Source: Nitrosopumilus sp. (lineage in GTDB: Archaea; Thermoproteota; Nitrososphaeria; Nitrososphaerales; Nitrosopumilaceae). Taken from it: DNA of 64,000 nucleotides. Shown here piece after piece: positions 29,398-40,232 of the stretch (position 1 is its first letter; the number at the start of each line of letters is the position of its first letter). The notes under the pieces were generated by a model that saw only the letters and a list, made by a program, of their open reading frames with translations, was not told where the DNA came from and did not search any database. The stretch lies in contig OZ243974.1 of the NCBI GenBank assembly GCA_965214775.1, positions 2,272,001-2,336,000 of the forward strand, in the 5' to 3' direction. Position numbers and translations under genes: made by a program.

Positions 29398-30699
29398 ATG
29401 GTCTTTGGATGGGGAAAAAAGAAAGAGGAAAAGAAAGAGGAAAATCACGCAAAACAAGAAATCCCTCAGAACAAAGAAATCCAATATGCCGACATTCCAA
29501 AAATCATTGCTGATTTAAAACAACTACGCGAATCCCAAACGACTTCTGAAATCAAACACTTGAGAAATTCAACTGCCCCGCTCATTGAGGAATTAATCAG
29601 GATTGGCAACGTTCTAGAGAAAGACAGTTTGAAAGTAGACGACATTGACAGGCATCTGGCAATTATTGTCGTCCGTGGAAAAAAACAGGTGATAAGCGTG
29701 ATCAAAAAAGACGTAGTCCCCCTGCCTGAAGTCAAAACAATCGGGGATGCATCCAAGCTTAATTCATTGTTGGGTCAAATTTTAAAAAAGGTAGGAGATG
29801 TCTTGGGACGCCAAACACGAGTGATTCACATTTTTGCAAAAAAATATGCTGAACAACTAAAAAACAACTTGGAGGTCATGAATTCCAACCATGCAGAAAT
29901 TCAAAAACTATTAAAAAACTATCAGGACGGAAAAGATCTATCCGAACAAATCCTTAAATCGGTGGACGAAATTGACAAAATAAAAAAATCAAAAGAGCAT
30001 AAAATTGCCAAGATTTCTGAAACTAAAAATCTTCTTCAGAAAACTAACGCCTCTGTCTCCTTAATTGAAAACTCTGTCGAAAAAATCAAGTCTTCAGAGC
30101 ACTATAAGAAATACTTGGAGTTGGAATCTTCATTGGACAGTCTCACAAACAAAAAATCTCAAATTAAAAATTCGATTTACGCCCAGTTTACAAAAATCTC
30201 AAGACCCTTGAGCAGATACGAATACGGTTCCTCTTTGGATAAGGAACAAAAAAACCTGTTGACTCAGCTAGTAAATGACCCGTTTGACATCTTACTTCCT
30301 AAAAACAGGGATCCGATCATAACAATATTGGAAAATGTGAAGAAGGGAATTGTCTCTGGTTCCATTTCTGTAAAAGATCAAGACAAATCAATGCAGCAGA
30401 TCACCGAAGTTGAAGAGTCATTGGATTCTCTCATTTCCCGTGTATTGGAACACTCTGAAAAACTCAATTCTCTGCAAAACGAACTAGACTCATACGATCT
30501 GACAGAATTTAACAATAAAAAAAATGACTTGGAAAAAAACCATTCATTGCAAAAAGCACTGCAATTAAAACTAGAGTCCTTTCAAGAAGAGGTCAACGAA
30601 TGTGAGGCAAAAATCCCTGCTGTCATATGTGAAGTTCAGACAATGATGCAAAACTATTCAAACACAAAGTATGTCGTACTAGACTCAAAATTAAATTAG
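29398..30699 (+). CDS. Long coiled-coil protein
   Basis: 433-aa ORF rich in K/E/L heptads; no Walker motif seen. Confidence 0.8.
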   Translation: MVFGWGKKKEEKKEENHAKQEIPQNKEIQYADIPKIIADLKQLRESQTTSEIKHLRNSTAPLIEELIRIGNVLEKDSLKVDDIDRHLAIIVVRGKKQVISVIKKDVVPLPEVKTIGDASKLNSLLGQILKKVGDVLGRQTRVIHIFAKKYAEQLKNNLEVMNSNHAEIQKLLKNYQDGKDLSEQILKSVDEIDKIKKSKEHKIAKISETKNLLQKTNASVSLIENSVEKIKSSEHYKKYLELESSLDSLTNKKSQIKNSIYAQFTKISRPLSRYEYGSSLDKEQKNLLTQLVNDPFDILLPKNRDPIITILENVKKGIVSGSISVKDQDKSMQQITEVEESLDSLISRVLEHSEKLNSLQNELDSYDLTEFNNKKNDLEKNHSLQKALQLKLESFQEEVNECEAKIPAVICEVQTMMQNYSNTKYVVLDSKLN

Positions 30700-30719
30700 T
30701 CAAGAAATCAAGTAATTGT

Positions 30720-31136
30720 ATGATTTTTAAAAAGAAGAAACTGGAACGTAAGGTTATGATCAGAAAAGACGTTGTGCAAAGCATTCTGTCTTACTGTCAA
30801 ATGAAGCATCCTAATGAAGGAATTTTGATTTTAAAAGGCAAGTCAAGACAAGGGGAGATCAAAATTGACGGACTGGTCATTCCTCCATTCAGTTATACGG
30901 GCCCCACATTTGCAGGGTTCCTGCATTCCTTTTTGCCATTTGACATGAGCTACGTGGGAATGGTACATTCACATCCAAGTGGTTCTGCAGAGCCCTCTGT
31001 AACTGATTTGCATAATTTCTTTGGATTGATTTCCCTCATCGTCAAAACCCCTTACAAGGATGATTGCATTTTTGCCTGGGACAGCGGAGGGAATTCTGTG
31101 CCTCTCTCCATCATCGAGGAATCCCAAGAGCCGTAA
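30720..31136 (+). CDS. JAMM/MPN+ metalloisopeptidase
   Basis: HPNE...HSHPSG...PS..D JAMM motif. Confidence 0.92.
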   Translation: MIFKKKKLERKVMIRKDVVQSILSYCQMKHPNEGILILKGKSRQGEIKIDGLVIPPFSYTGPTFAGFLHSFLPFDMSYVGMVHSHPSGSAEPSVTDLHNFFGLISLIVKTPYKDDCIFAWDSGGNSVPLSIIEESQEP

Positions 31137-31149
31137 AAACGCCTGAAAA

Positions 31150-31533
31150 ATGTTGACAAAACTTTATAACATATTTTGCGATACGATCATTGAATTGTTC
31201 AATTACAAAACATATCTGATTTTCTTGTTTGCTTCTTTGGCTATCAGTATTGGATTGCAAATGGTCCTGCCTTTCCCATATGGATTGGGCGCCGCCCTTG
31301 CAATCTTCATTGCCTTTCCGCTGATTCTCAGAAGACGCTACATGAGCCGCATGAGGGGCAGTTATGGCAGTGGCAGCAGCGATTCTGGCATCGGCGGGGG
31401 CAGAGGATTCTTTGGAATGGGATCTTCAAATTCGTCTGGCGGGATCCGTTACGTATGCTTGGTATGCAACAATAAACACAAGGGCGGAAGCTGTCCCCGA
31501 TGTGGCTCAAAAATGAGAAGAGCTGATTTCTAA
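31150..31533 (+). CDS. Membrane protein with C-terminal zinc ribbon
   Basis: Two TM segments, Gly/Ser linker, CLVC...CPRCGS. Confidence 0.75.
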   Translation: MLTKLYNIFCDTIIELFNYKTYLIFLFASLAISIGLQMVLPFPYGLGAALAIFIAFPLILRRRYMSRMRGSYGSGSSDSGIGGGRGFFGMGSSNSSGGIRYVCLVCNNKHKGGSCPRCGSKMRRADF

Positions 31534-31543
31534 CTTAGATGGC

Positions 31544-31867
31544 ATGTCCTCCTCCTCCTCTTTGGATGCACTCAAAGAAAAAGTAATTTTTCATAATTCA
31601 GTCGACGTCTGGATTGCTGCATGCGGAGAAAAAAATATTCAATGGGCTAGCCCCCCTGATTATAAAAAATTCATTGCATATTTACTCAAAAATAACCTGA
31701 ATCTCAAGGCGTTTAACCTGTGTGCCCATGATGCCGGTGCCATCGAAGAAGAGAAAACAAAATTTGCTGAAACACTTGCAGAAACAAAAGACGATCCAAA
31801 CTCGCAAACCTACACCATCAAATTAACCGACTCTGCACTTGAAATAATCCGAAGTTATTCTTTTTAA
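31544..31867 (+). CDS. Hypothetical protein
   Basis: 107-aa ORF co-oriented and closely spaced with upstream genes. Confidence 0.72.
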   Translation: MSSSSSLDALKEKVIFHNSVDVWIAACGEKNIQWASPPDYKKFIAYLLKNNLNLKAFNLCAHDAGAIEEEKTKFAETLAETKDDPNSQTYTIKLTDSALEIIRSYSF

Positions 31868-33238
31868 TTATCTTCTGAGTTTTGGATTTACAATTGCATC
31901 TAATGCATTTCCAATAAAGACAAAAGCTAGGCCTGTAACTGCAATCATCACCCCTGGTGGCATTATCCACCACCATAATCCCCTTGCAGCTGCGCCAAAT
32001 GTATTTGCATCATGGAGAATCTGCCCCCATGTTGGAAATGAGGGGTCTCCCAATCCCAGAAAACTCAATCCTGCCTCTGTGGTGATTGCTGCAGGAACCG
32101 AAATTGCAATACTTGCAAAGGCATAAGGGAGCAATTGTGGAATAATGTGCTTTAAAATAATTTTGGAATTTTTTTGCCCCATCATGCTGGCAGCATCAAC
32201 ATACCCGCGAGTTTTGATTTGCAGCGACATGCTTCTTGAAACCTTGGCAATCCCCACCCATCCAAAAATCATCAGAAACCCCACCATTAGGAAGATGCTG
32301 CTGCTGATTGTGACTGAGAGAATAATCAGAAACGGCAGGGCTGGCAATGCGTATACTATATCATTGAACCTCATCATTACTTCGTCTGTTTTTCTACCCT
32401 TGAAACCTGCATAAACCCCATACATCAATCCCATGATGACAGAAGCAATTGCAACTACCAGTCCGATGAATAATGCAAGGGGGGTCCCCCAAAGCAAACC
32501 AACTGCCAAATCTCTTCTTAGTTCATCTGTCCCCATTACTCCAAACGCCTTTCCTCCTATGATAAGTTCTGACTCGGTTAGTTTAATTTCAGAGCCAATT
32601 GAAATTGCATTGATTTGAAACACGTATTTTCCTTTCAGAGGCGCATTTTGTTGGGTTTGTGAGAAAATAACGTATTCGGAGGATAGATTTTGAATAGAAA
32701 ATCCATAATGGCCTGATTGCAAAAACAAATTTTTCTTGATCATCTCATCAGTGGAAAAAATTCTTTCTTGATGAACTGCTGATTTTTCAGAATATGGCAG
32801 CGATGATGAAACTAGATCTAGTCTGATGCCGTCTGGTCTGAGGACTGACATTTGAATTAATGGTGAATTTTTGTATTCCAAAGCAAACTCGTAAATGAAA
32901 TCATTTGGAAAATCATCGTATTGGTAATTTGCTGTAAATTGATGTGATGTTTGAATGATCTCTCCTTGAACAACGTTGCCAGCGATCGGAGAATCTAAAA
33001 TTTCATGTTCTGGAATTTTTTCAGACTGCAAATAATTTACCCAAGCCGGAACTGCTGCCTTTGGATACGAAATCCAACTCCCTGGATTGTTCCATTCCTG
33101 AAATGTTTCAACTGGAATAACTGTAATGGCAAATAATGAAACTGACACTAGAATAAGCAAAATTGAAATTCCTGCAATTCCGATTCTGCTTCTGATGAAT
33201 TCCTGTTTGATCTCTTGAGGACTAATGCTGCTGCTCAC
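31868..33238 (-). CDS. Peptide/nickel ABC transporter permease (DppC/OppC-like)
   Basis: GTD..RD, YV.AA...G, EAGLSFLGLG, WG..L, WW...PPG. Confidence 0.93.
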   Translation of the reverse strand: MSSSISPQEIKQEFIRSRIGIAGISILLILVSVSLFAITVIPVETFQEWNNPGSWISYPKAAVPAWVNYLQSEKIPEHEILDSPIAGNVVQGEIIQTSHQFTANYQYDDFPNDFIYEFALEYKNSPLIQMSVLRPDGIRLDLVSSSLPYSEKSAVHQERIFSTDEMIKKNLFLQSGHYGFSIQNLSSEYVIFSQTQQNAPLKGKYVFQINAISIGSEIKLTESELIIGGKAFGVMGTDELRRDLAVGLLWGTPLALFIGLVVAIASVIMGLMYGVYAGFKGRKTDEVMMRFNDIVYALPALPFLIILSVTISSSIFLMVGFLMIFGWVGIAKVSRSMSLQIKTRGYVDAASMMGQKNSKIILKHIIPQLLPYAFASIAISVPAAITTEAGLSFLGLGDPSFPTWGQILHDANTFGAAARGLWWWIMPPGVMIAVTGLAFVFIGNALDAIVNPKLRR

Positions 33239-34296
33239 TGGCCTGTACTCCTCCTTACACGCGGATCAAAGTAGCCATACAGCAAATCCGCAACAAAAAT
33301 GCTGATCAGGAAAAACACGGTCAAAATGTATGTGGCTCCGATTATCACTGGCAAGTCCATCACTGTGATTGCTTCAAAGTACAACCTTCCCATTCCTGGC
33401 CAGTCAAAAACTGCTTCAGTAATGATGGCTCCCCCTAGTGAGCCTGACAAACTGAGCGCAAGTACTGTTACAATAGGCGGTGCTGCATTCTTGAGGGCAT
33501 GAGTATACACGATCTTTTTTTGGTTTATTCCTATGGTCTTTTTTGCTAAAATGAAATCTTCTTGCATGATTCCCACCATGAAGTTTCTAACTAGATATGC
33601 CCATGATCCAAACCCGATCATCACAATGGTGATCAGCGGAAGTGTCATGTGATACAGCAAAGCCAGCAGATATCCTGGCTCTGATGACGGGATATCCGGG
33701 GTAGCTCTTGCCGGGAAAATTTGATACGCGAATGAAAATACAAAAATCATCAGCATACCAATCCACCAAACCGGGAAACTTGAGCTGATTATTGCAAACG
33801 ATGAAGTGATTCTGTCAATTGCCGAGCCGACTCTAGAGCCTGCCAGTGCACCTAGAAAAATACCTATAATTGAGATGATTATTGTAGCAGTTGTAAAAAG
33901 CAGGACTGTTCTTGGAAGCTTTTCAAAAATGATTTCTTTGACATCTGATGATCCCGAGTCGCCTGCTAGAAACGTGGCATGGCCAAAATCTAGCAGAAGA
34001 ATTTTGTACATTGTTATTCCAATTCTTTGCGGTGAATACCACGGTTCGTCTAATCCTAGTGATTTTACCCTCTGATCAATCTGACTTTGTACAAACGCTT
34101 CAAATTCTTCGATTGATGAAAAACTTTCGGCAATTCCTGGATTCTCTGCAATTTCTGCTCGAACTTGAAAGACCACTCCTTGTTTTAGAATTGTGTCCAT
34201 GTTGGAACCAACTAACGCAATTGTAATTAGCAAGGTAATCATCAGAACTCCAAACATCGTTGCTAGTCTTGTTGCAACATATCTTTTCATTCCCAA
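33235..34296 (-). CDS. Peptide/nickel ABC transporter permease (DppB/OppB-like)
   Basis: LP.T.LL, HALKNA, G.IITE.VF.WPGMG, DPRVR. Confidence 0.93.
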   Translation of the reverse strand: MGMKRYVATRLATMFGVLMITLLITIALVGSNMDTILKQGVVFQVRAEIAENPGIAESFSSIEEFEAFVQSQIDQRVKSLGLDEPWYSPQRIGITMYKILLLDFGHATFLAGDSGSSDVKEIIFEKLPRTVLLFTTATIIISIIGIFLGALAGSRVGSAIDRITSSFAIISSSFPVWWIGMLMIFVFSFAYQIFPARATPDIPSSEPGYLLALLYHMTLPLITIVMIGFGSWAYLVRNFMVGIMQEDFILAKKTIGINQKKIVYTHALKNAAPPIVTVLALSLSGSLGGAIITEAVFDWPGMGRLYFEAITVMDLPVIIGATYILTVFFLISIFVADLLYGYFDPRVRRSTGQ

Positions 34297-35102
34297 TATT
34301 TTTGAAATTATGGTTGGTCGTTATAATATTAGACGGTGTTTTTTGTGCGTAGCACGATAATTGCCCGGAATTTCTGATTCAACAATAAAAGGCTTCACAC
34401 CTGTTCCTTTCAAATTTGGCAGCAACAAGACACAGGGGGGGGAGGTAGGAAGTAAGGGAGACAGGGAGGGAGACAGGGAGGAGCGGGGTGGGAGTTCGTG
34501 GCAAATGAGAACAAACTAGGCCAAATTCCGACTGAACACGCTCAAAACCGCATTTTGAGGTAAAACTTCATCTTAAAACATCTCCTGCCGGCGGGCACAA
34601 TTTTACGCGTCGTGTTTCTTGCCATGTTTCCGTTTTTACTTGGTTTTTGGCACATTCCACTTGGCTGCATTATGTTTGCCTATTTGCACAGAAACCTTCT
34701 GAAAAATTCCAAAATCTGGCTACCTCCCGTCTTTGATTCGTTGCTTTATGAATTGCCGTTGTTATGGCAAGAAAAAAACAATTTGTATGTGAATTACTGT
34801 GTGAGAATGCAATGGCCAGAGAGATGATCCAAAGTTAGAGGCCGTGCAAATCATTGCCCTGATTTCTCTGTATATCTGTCAGGTAACTTACATTAGGTAA
34901 CCTGTCATTTACGGTCATTTTAATCGATTAATGTAAATTTGTTTATGCATGATGATCCGAATCTTCTAATTTTGAATCAATTCTATGTGGTACTTTTCAC
35001 CTGCCTGATATTGGAAAATGCAGTACAACAAAACACCTGTCTTCATAACGACGTTTCAGTATAATTTTGAATACGAGGAGCGCGTAGAATCCATCATCTG
35101 TT

Positions 35103-36002
35103 TTATTGCTCTTCTGATTGAACTTTTACGTCCGGCTTTTCTTGGTTGAATTGTTCCAGAATTTCTTTTGGCATAGTGATCATTTCCAAATACGCTTTTT
35201 GAGCTTCTTCAAAAGTACCTCCATTATCCAAGATTTCTGCCCTTAGATTCTGAGCGTTTTCAAAGATGTTTTTTGTAAAATTTAACTGGTTTGTGACTAG
35301 TTCTTTGATTTCAGGTCTTAGACTTGCAACATAGTATTCATACTGGTATCCACCATATGTTCCTGTACCTGGTTGATAGAAATTGATGGCTTCCTGCTTT
35401 AGTTCTTCGGCGATTCTCCTTTGCTTGTCTAAGTGAATTTGTTCTTTATTTGGTTTGAATTGCTCCTTTTTTTCTAAAATTAGCTTGTCTAATAATCCGT
35501 GATAATATCTGAATAGCATTTGGCCAATTGGGTCTTTTTCAAAATCACCCTCATCTGCACTTAGATATTTTCTTGCTTGCTCTGATGCCAATCGCTGTTC
35601 TAATAATGATAATTTACTTGCATCTCCTTTTACATCAAAAGAGATAGATGACAAACCTTTCATCTCATCCCAGGCAGCTACAATGTTTACCGGATATGTT
35701 CCTGCAGCCCTCTGCAAATCTCTGATCTCTGCCCTGAATTCACCCAGTGGATTTGTGAAAACTTTGAGGGATTCTGAGCCTGTTCTTAGAAGAACTTCTG
35801 CCCCGCTGATTGGCTTGTATGCATGATCGACAACTTGTCCGGAAACTATTACTGTGTCTCCTGAAACTATCGACTTGTTTTCCACATCAGATATGATGAT
35901 TAAATCCCACAACTCTGTCCCCCCTGCTTCTGCTGCAGGAAGAAGCAAAACTGTCATCATGCCTGCAAGAAATGCAATTACTGCTATCTTACGGGCAATC
36001 AT
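35103..36002 (-). CDS. Secreted hypothetical protein with an Ig-like/carboxypeptidase-regulatory-like N-domain
   Basis: Signal peptide, VSGQVVD...PI.GA.V, TN..GEF. Confidence 0.75.
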   Translation of the reverse strand: MIARKIAVIAFLAGMMTVLLLPAAEAGGTELWDLIIISDVENKSIVSGDTVIVSGQVVDHAYKPISGAEVLLRTGSESLKVFTNPLGEFRAEIRDLQRAAGTYPVNIVAAWDEMKGLSSISFDVKGDASKLSLLEQRLASEQARKYLSADEGDFEKDPIGQMLFRYYHGLLDKLILEKKEQFKPNKEQIHLDKQRRIAEELKQEAINFYQPGTGTYGGYQYEYYVASLRPEIKELVTNQLNFTKNIFENAQNLRAEILDNGGTFEEAQKAYLEMITMPKEILEQFNQEKPDVKVQSEEQ

Positions 36003-36156
36003 GTATGGTTTTGCTGAATTTTATTGTTAAGATGATATATGAAGAAAAATTATCCATTTTTCAATTTTTTTTGAGCCGATTTTGTTGCCTTTGTTAAAAC
36101 CGTATCTGAATCCCTTCCCTAATTCTTAAACATCTGGAAAATTTACCCTAAGAAAT

Positions 36157-36816
36157 ATGGATTTTGAAAAATTCCAAAACGATGTAACACAAATGACAGA
36201 AAAACTGTCTCAGAACCTGGACAAGTCTGATTTGCCAAAGTTGAATTTTGTTTGTAAGCAGTTAATTGAAATGCACAAGAAACATCTTGTCAAAATCAAC
36301 CATTCGATTTTAGAACTGGTTTGTGCAAGCACTCTGATTTCCCGTGGCTATGCCGTTGAGGTTGAGAAAACTGTTTCTGAAATTCTAGTCTGCGATATCT
36401 TTGCAAAAAAGGGAGGCGGTGATACAATCGTTGAGATTGAAACGGGATTCACCCCTCCAGAACATGCAATGGATACCGTCGATTATTATGCTGCGCGAGT
36501 AATGAGTAAAATTGCTCGATATAGTAAGCATTGTGCAAAATTTTCATTGGCAACCCCTGTGACCGGAATGTTGCCTGTTGCAAAAATTTTCCTGCTTCCT
36601 CCAAATGCGAGAAAACAGGCGGATGTTCAAAAAATTAAAAGACTGTGCGATCGATACTACAAAAACCCCCCAATCAACTATGATGATATTCTGAACGCTC
36701 GCCTTCATTCAATTTTCTTGATAAATGTTGACAAGGGCTTTGCAAAGGAACTCGATCCGCAGGGATACGTGGATCTGACAAATGACCTCCTTGGCAGGAG
36801 TGAAGTCGCATATTGA
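36157..36816 (+). CDS. Hypothetical protein, possible PD-(D/E)xK fold
   Basis: E.....CDIFA......VEIE pattern. Confidence 0.7.
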   Translation: MDFEKFQNDVTQMTEKLSQNLDKSDLPKLNFVCKQLIEMHKKHLVKINHSILELVCASTLISRGYAVEVEKTVSEILVCDIFAKKGGGDTIVEIETGFTPPEHAMDTVDYYAARVMSKIARYSKHCAKFSLATPVTGMLPVAKIFLLPPNARKQADVQKIKRLCDRYYKNPPINYDDILNARLHSIFLINVDKGFAKELDPQGYVDLTNDLLGRSEVAY

Positions 36817-36866
36817 TTTGAACACATACGAAAAAATTCAAATTTCCCCCCGTTTCTAAATAAGTT

Positions 36867-37001
36867 ATGATATGTGCAGCATGTGAATCCCGCAAGCACT
36901 TTGAATGCATTGATTGTATGAACAACCACAAGACTCACATTTGTACCTGTGACTGCCATGATGAAAATACCATGCCCCATCCGGTGGGAAAATCTCACTG
37001 A
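36867..37001 (+). CDS. 44-aa Cys/His-rich microprotein (not in the ORF track)
   Basis: MICAACESRKHFECIDCMNNHKTHICTCDCHDENTMPHPVGKSH*; stop abuts the convergent PAC2 stop. Confidence 0.6.
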   Translation: MICAACESRKHFECIDCMNNHKTHICTCDCHDENTMPHPVGKSH

Positions 37002-37682
37002 TTAGTTTCTGAATTTCCGTTCCGTGCCTTGGGCCATCACTTCTAACTGACTGATGTTTCCTAGTTTTCGATAAGTCAGCTTTTCTAGAGTCTTGATAAT
37101 GCTGATTGCTGCCCTGTATTGCGGGATTTCTGGCTCATTTAATTCCCCATACACGCCAATTCCCTGAACTTCGTACTTTTTGGCAAATCCGAGAATTAAT
37201 CCATTAAATCCTGTGATTATGGATTCTTGCGGGGTAGTTTCCACATCCATCCTTTTGATTTGATTTGTCATCTCTACGGATGTTGTAGTGATGTATGTCT
37301 TGGGATTGTCGTCAAAAATCCTGTTTGTATGAAATCCCCCTAGCGTGTAAAGGAATTTTGCAGAATATTTCTTTGAAATTTCGATTACATCTTTGCATAA
37401 TGCGTTTAACTCACTGTTGCTTTGAGGTTGGCCTTTTCCGCCCCCAAAAACAATTAGGCCTTCGGCGCATCTGTAATCCCAACTCTCATCTGGAAGATCA
37501 ATGTATCCTCCCCTGTCTACCACATATGTGGGAAATGGAGTTTTTGCCGTTCTAAATGGCTTGGTATGCAGTGACTCGTTGATGAAATTTATGACAATAC
37601 TGCCGACATTTCCCATGTCTTGCATAGCTGCAATGACGATTGGCTTTTGTACATCTGGCTCTTCAATCTGGCTAAACTCCAC
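37002..37682 (-). CDS. PAC2 family (proteasome assembly chaperone-like) protein
   Basis: D.GNVG.I, YTLGG, ITGFNGLILG.A, AA...I..L. Confidence 0.85.
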   Translation of the reverse strand: MEFSQIEEPDVQKPIVIAAMQDMGNVGSIVINFINESLHTKPFRTAKTPFPTYVVDRGGYIDLPDESWDYRCAEGLIVFGGGKGQPQSNSELNALCKDVIEISKKYSAKFLYTLGGFHTNRIFDDNPKTYITTTSVEMTNQIKRMDVETTPQESIITGFNGLILGFAKKYEVQGIGVYGELNEPEIPQYRAAISIIKTLEKLTYRKLGNISQLEVMAQGTERKFRN

Positions 37683-37883
37683 ATGTCTTCTTAATTCTAA
37701 TGAATTTTAAACCTATGTTGAAAAAGTTTTGATTGATTGAAACATTATTGCGCCTAATCTGGCGTTTTCCCCTACTGTAAAAACAATATCATATTTTAAC
37801 TCTTGCAGATTTGCAATTTTTTGGCCCAAGATCGATGAAAACGTGAAGATTCATAAGGCAAAAAAACATCCTATCGACAAATT

Positions 37884-39608
37884 ATGGCAACTGCTGTAGA
37901 AAACATTGGAACACTCGAGTATGTCCTAGACAAATACTCCAAAGTCTGGAGTTGGAAGGTAACAGGCGATCGTGCAGTAAGCATGATCTCCAGACTGGTC
38001 ACTCAAGCATGGTATGGTGAAAATGTAAATGAGATAATTATTCCTGACAGTGATGAAAGTGTAAAACAAATCAAAATGATTCTAGACAGATACCCTCTAG
38101 AGATTCTCTCAAAATCTGCTTGGCAAAGAAAAATTGCAAAAACATTTGCTCCAAAGCCTGCATTGCCGCCCATAAAATTGAAACTCAAGAGAGCCAAAAC
38201 AGGCGAACAGTTCAGAGGAAAACTCTTGAATTTTCAAAAGGAAGGGTTGGATTTCCTGCTAAAATCCTCCGGCAATGCGTTATTGGCCGACGAAATGGGT
38301 TTGGGAAAGACTGTCCAAACATTATCATATGTGGCAACAGAAAAGCAAACCTTTCCGGTCCTAGTTGTTGCTCCTCTTGTCACTCTGAATAACTGGGAAA
38401 GGGAAATTTCCAAATTCTTAAAGAAAAAAAGTCGTAATGGACGGATTGTTGAAGCTGATTCTCCTGCCGTGACTATAATCCGCACTGGAAAATCAAAAGA
38501 ATTGCCAAAAACTGATATTTACATTATCAATTATGAACTACTTTTCAAAAGATACGATGATCTGTCTAAAGCTGGAATCAAAACAATCGTGTGTGACGAA
38601 GTGCACAATCTTCGCTCAAAGACTACTCAAAAGTACAAGGCAGTAAAAAAGTTAGCAGCGCTTGATTCTGTCAAATACAGAATTGGACTTTCTGGAACTC
38701 CGATATATAATCGCGGGTCTGAGATCTGGCCAATCGTTGACATCCTGAAACCCGGATTGCTAGGAAGCTTTAAAGAATTTTGTGAATATTTTTGCTATGT
38801 GAACGAAAAAGGCAGGGCCATTGTCTTGGAAAACAAGCGTGCATCTCTCAGAAACGAACTTCAAAAACATGTCATGCTTCGAAGAAAAAAGTCTGACGTT
38901 CTCAAAGAGCTAAAAGACAAAGTCAGATACAAGGAAGTAATTGCAGCTGATACCGAATACTATTTAGAGGAATTAAATAAGATTTGGCAAAAATTAGAAG
39001 AAGAACAAAGAGATGCTGAGACTGAATTTTCAAAATCTGCATCATATCAGCGTGCAATTCGGAATGAAAGACAAATTGCCGGTATGGCAAAATTACCTCA
39101 TGTAATTAATTTTGTCAAAAATATAATGGAGATTGAGGAAAGTGTCGTGGTATTTTGCCATCACAAAGTAATTCATAAGCTACTTCATCAAAGCCTTGAA
39201 GAGTTTTCTCCAGTCTCAATAATCGGTGGGCAAAGTGATTTGGTAAGGCAGGATCAAATTGACAAGTTCCAAAAGGGTGAATCAAAACTGATGATTGCCG
39301 GATTGCGTGCTGGAAATGTCGGCATTAATCTAACCCGGGCAAAATATGTTGTCTTTGCAGAGTTGGATTGGAGTCCTGCAATTCACAGACAGGCCGAAGA
39401 TAGATTGCATAGAATCGGCCAGGAAAACACTGTTTTTGCATATTATTTGATTGGCAATGGCACTCTGGATGATCATGTTGCAAATGTTCTTGTTGACAAA
39501 AGCTATGAAATTGACGAAATCATGGATGAATCGACAGAAAATTATGAAAACAAAAACAAGGCGGAATTAATTCTTGCGCAAATTCAAGACAAAATCAGAT
39601 CAAAATAA
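37884..39608 (+). CDS. SNF2-family helicase/ATPase (SMARCAL1/HARP-like)
   Basis: LADEMGLGKT, DEVH, LSGTP..N, GINLT, QAEDRLHRIGQ. Confidence 0.95.
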   Translation: MATAVENIGTLEYVLDKYSKVWSWKVTGDRAVSMISRLVTQAWYGENVNEIIIPDSDESVKQIKMILDRYPLEILSKSAWQRKIAKTFAPKPALPPIKLKLKRAKTGEQFRGKLLNFQKEGLDFLLKSSGNALLADEMGLGKTVQTLSYVATEKQTFPVLVVAPLVTLNNWEREISKFLKKKSRNGRIVEADSPAVTIIRTGKSKELPKTDIYIINYELLFKRYDDLSKAGIKTIVCDEVHNLRSKTTQKYKAVKKLAALDSVKYRIGLSGTPIYNRGSEIWPIVDILKPGLLGSFKEFCEYFCYVNEKGRAIVLENKRASLRNELQKHVMLRRKKSDVLKELKDKVRYKEVIAADTEYYLEELNKIWQKLEEEQRDAETEFSKSASYQRAIRNERQIAGMAKLPHVINFVKNIMEIEESVVVFCHHKVIHKLLHQSLEEFSPVSIIGGQSDLVRQDQIDKFQKGESKLMIAGLRAGNVGINLTRAKYVVFAELDWSPAIHRQAEDRLHRIGQENTVFAYYLIGNGTLDDHVANVLVDKSYEIDEIMDESTENYENKNKAELILAQIQDKIRSK

Positions 39609-39614
39609 CTGCTG

Positions 39615-40232
39615 TTAGTTCTTAATCTTATTTTTCAATTCAGCAAGTTTTTTGACGATGGGCTCTTTTTGAGTTGGCTCCATTTGTGAATCACGAACTT
39701 TTTTTTGAATCTCATCAATCATGCCCACAATCTCGATGATGCTCTGACTGTTTTTCTCAAAGTCTATTTTTTCAAACCCCTCTTTTTCTGTTTTATCAAT
39801 CTCTTCTATTCCCTCTGGAAGGATTTCAAAAATTTTGACAATTGCGTCATTGACTCTTTGTGGGGACATTAATACAAGTTGGTTTTTTCTCAATTTTTCC
39901 ATTTCTTGATCGATTTCTTCTTCTGTCTCTTCTAGAATGCCTGAAATCTCCTTCATACTGCATGATCTTATTTGCAATAATCTGAGGATTCGAGCCCATA
40001 ATGGAACTTTGGAATTCCAGAGAATTTCTTTTGCCAAATTCGTAATGGAAAAGGAACCATTGTTATTTAGCATGATCATCTTTCTGTCTTTTAATGCTGC
40101 CAAGGCATCCAAAATTTTTCCAACACCTAACCGATTTAAACTGGAATTTTCCAAATTTGTCTCATTAAAGGTACCTTTTTTCTTTATGGCCAAATCCAAA
40201 ATTTCTAATTCTATTGTTCCTATATTTCTCAT
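39615..40232 (-). CDS. Winged-helix-like hypothetical protein
   Basis: Two wHTH-like segments in a 205-aa ORF. Confidence 0.65.
   Translation of the reverse strand: MRNIGTIELEILDLAIKKKGTFNETNLENSSLNRLGVGKILDALAALKDRKMIMLNNNGSFSITNLAKEILWNSKVPLWARILRLLQIRSCSMKEISGILEETEEEIDQEMEKLRKNQLVLMSPQRVNDAIVKIFEILPEGIEEIDKTEKEGFEKIDFEKNSQSIIEIVGMIDEIQKKVRDSQMEPTQKEPIVKKLAELKNKIKN

Noticed and set aside
31868-34296. ABC permeases without a binding protein or ATPase nearby
   Set aside because: Partner genes may lie elsewhere; loss cannot be judged from this window.
37884-39608. SNF2 helicase as part of a defence system
   Set aside because: It has host-like composition and housekeeping neighbours, with no methylase or clear nuclease partner.
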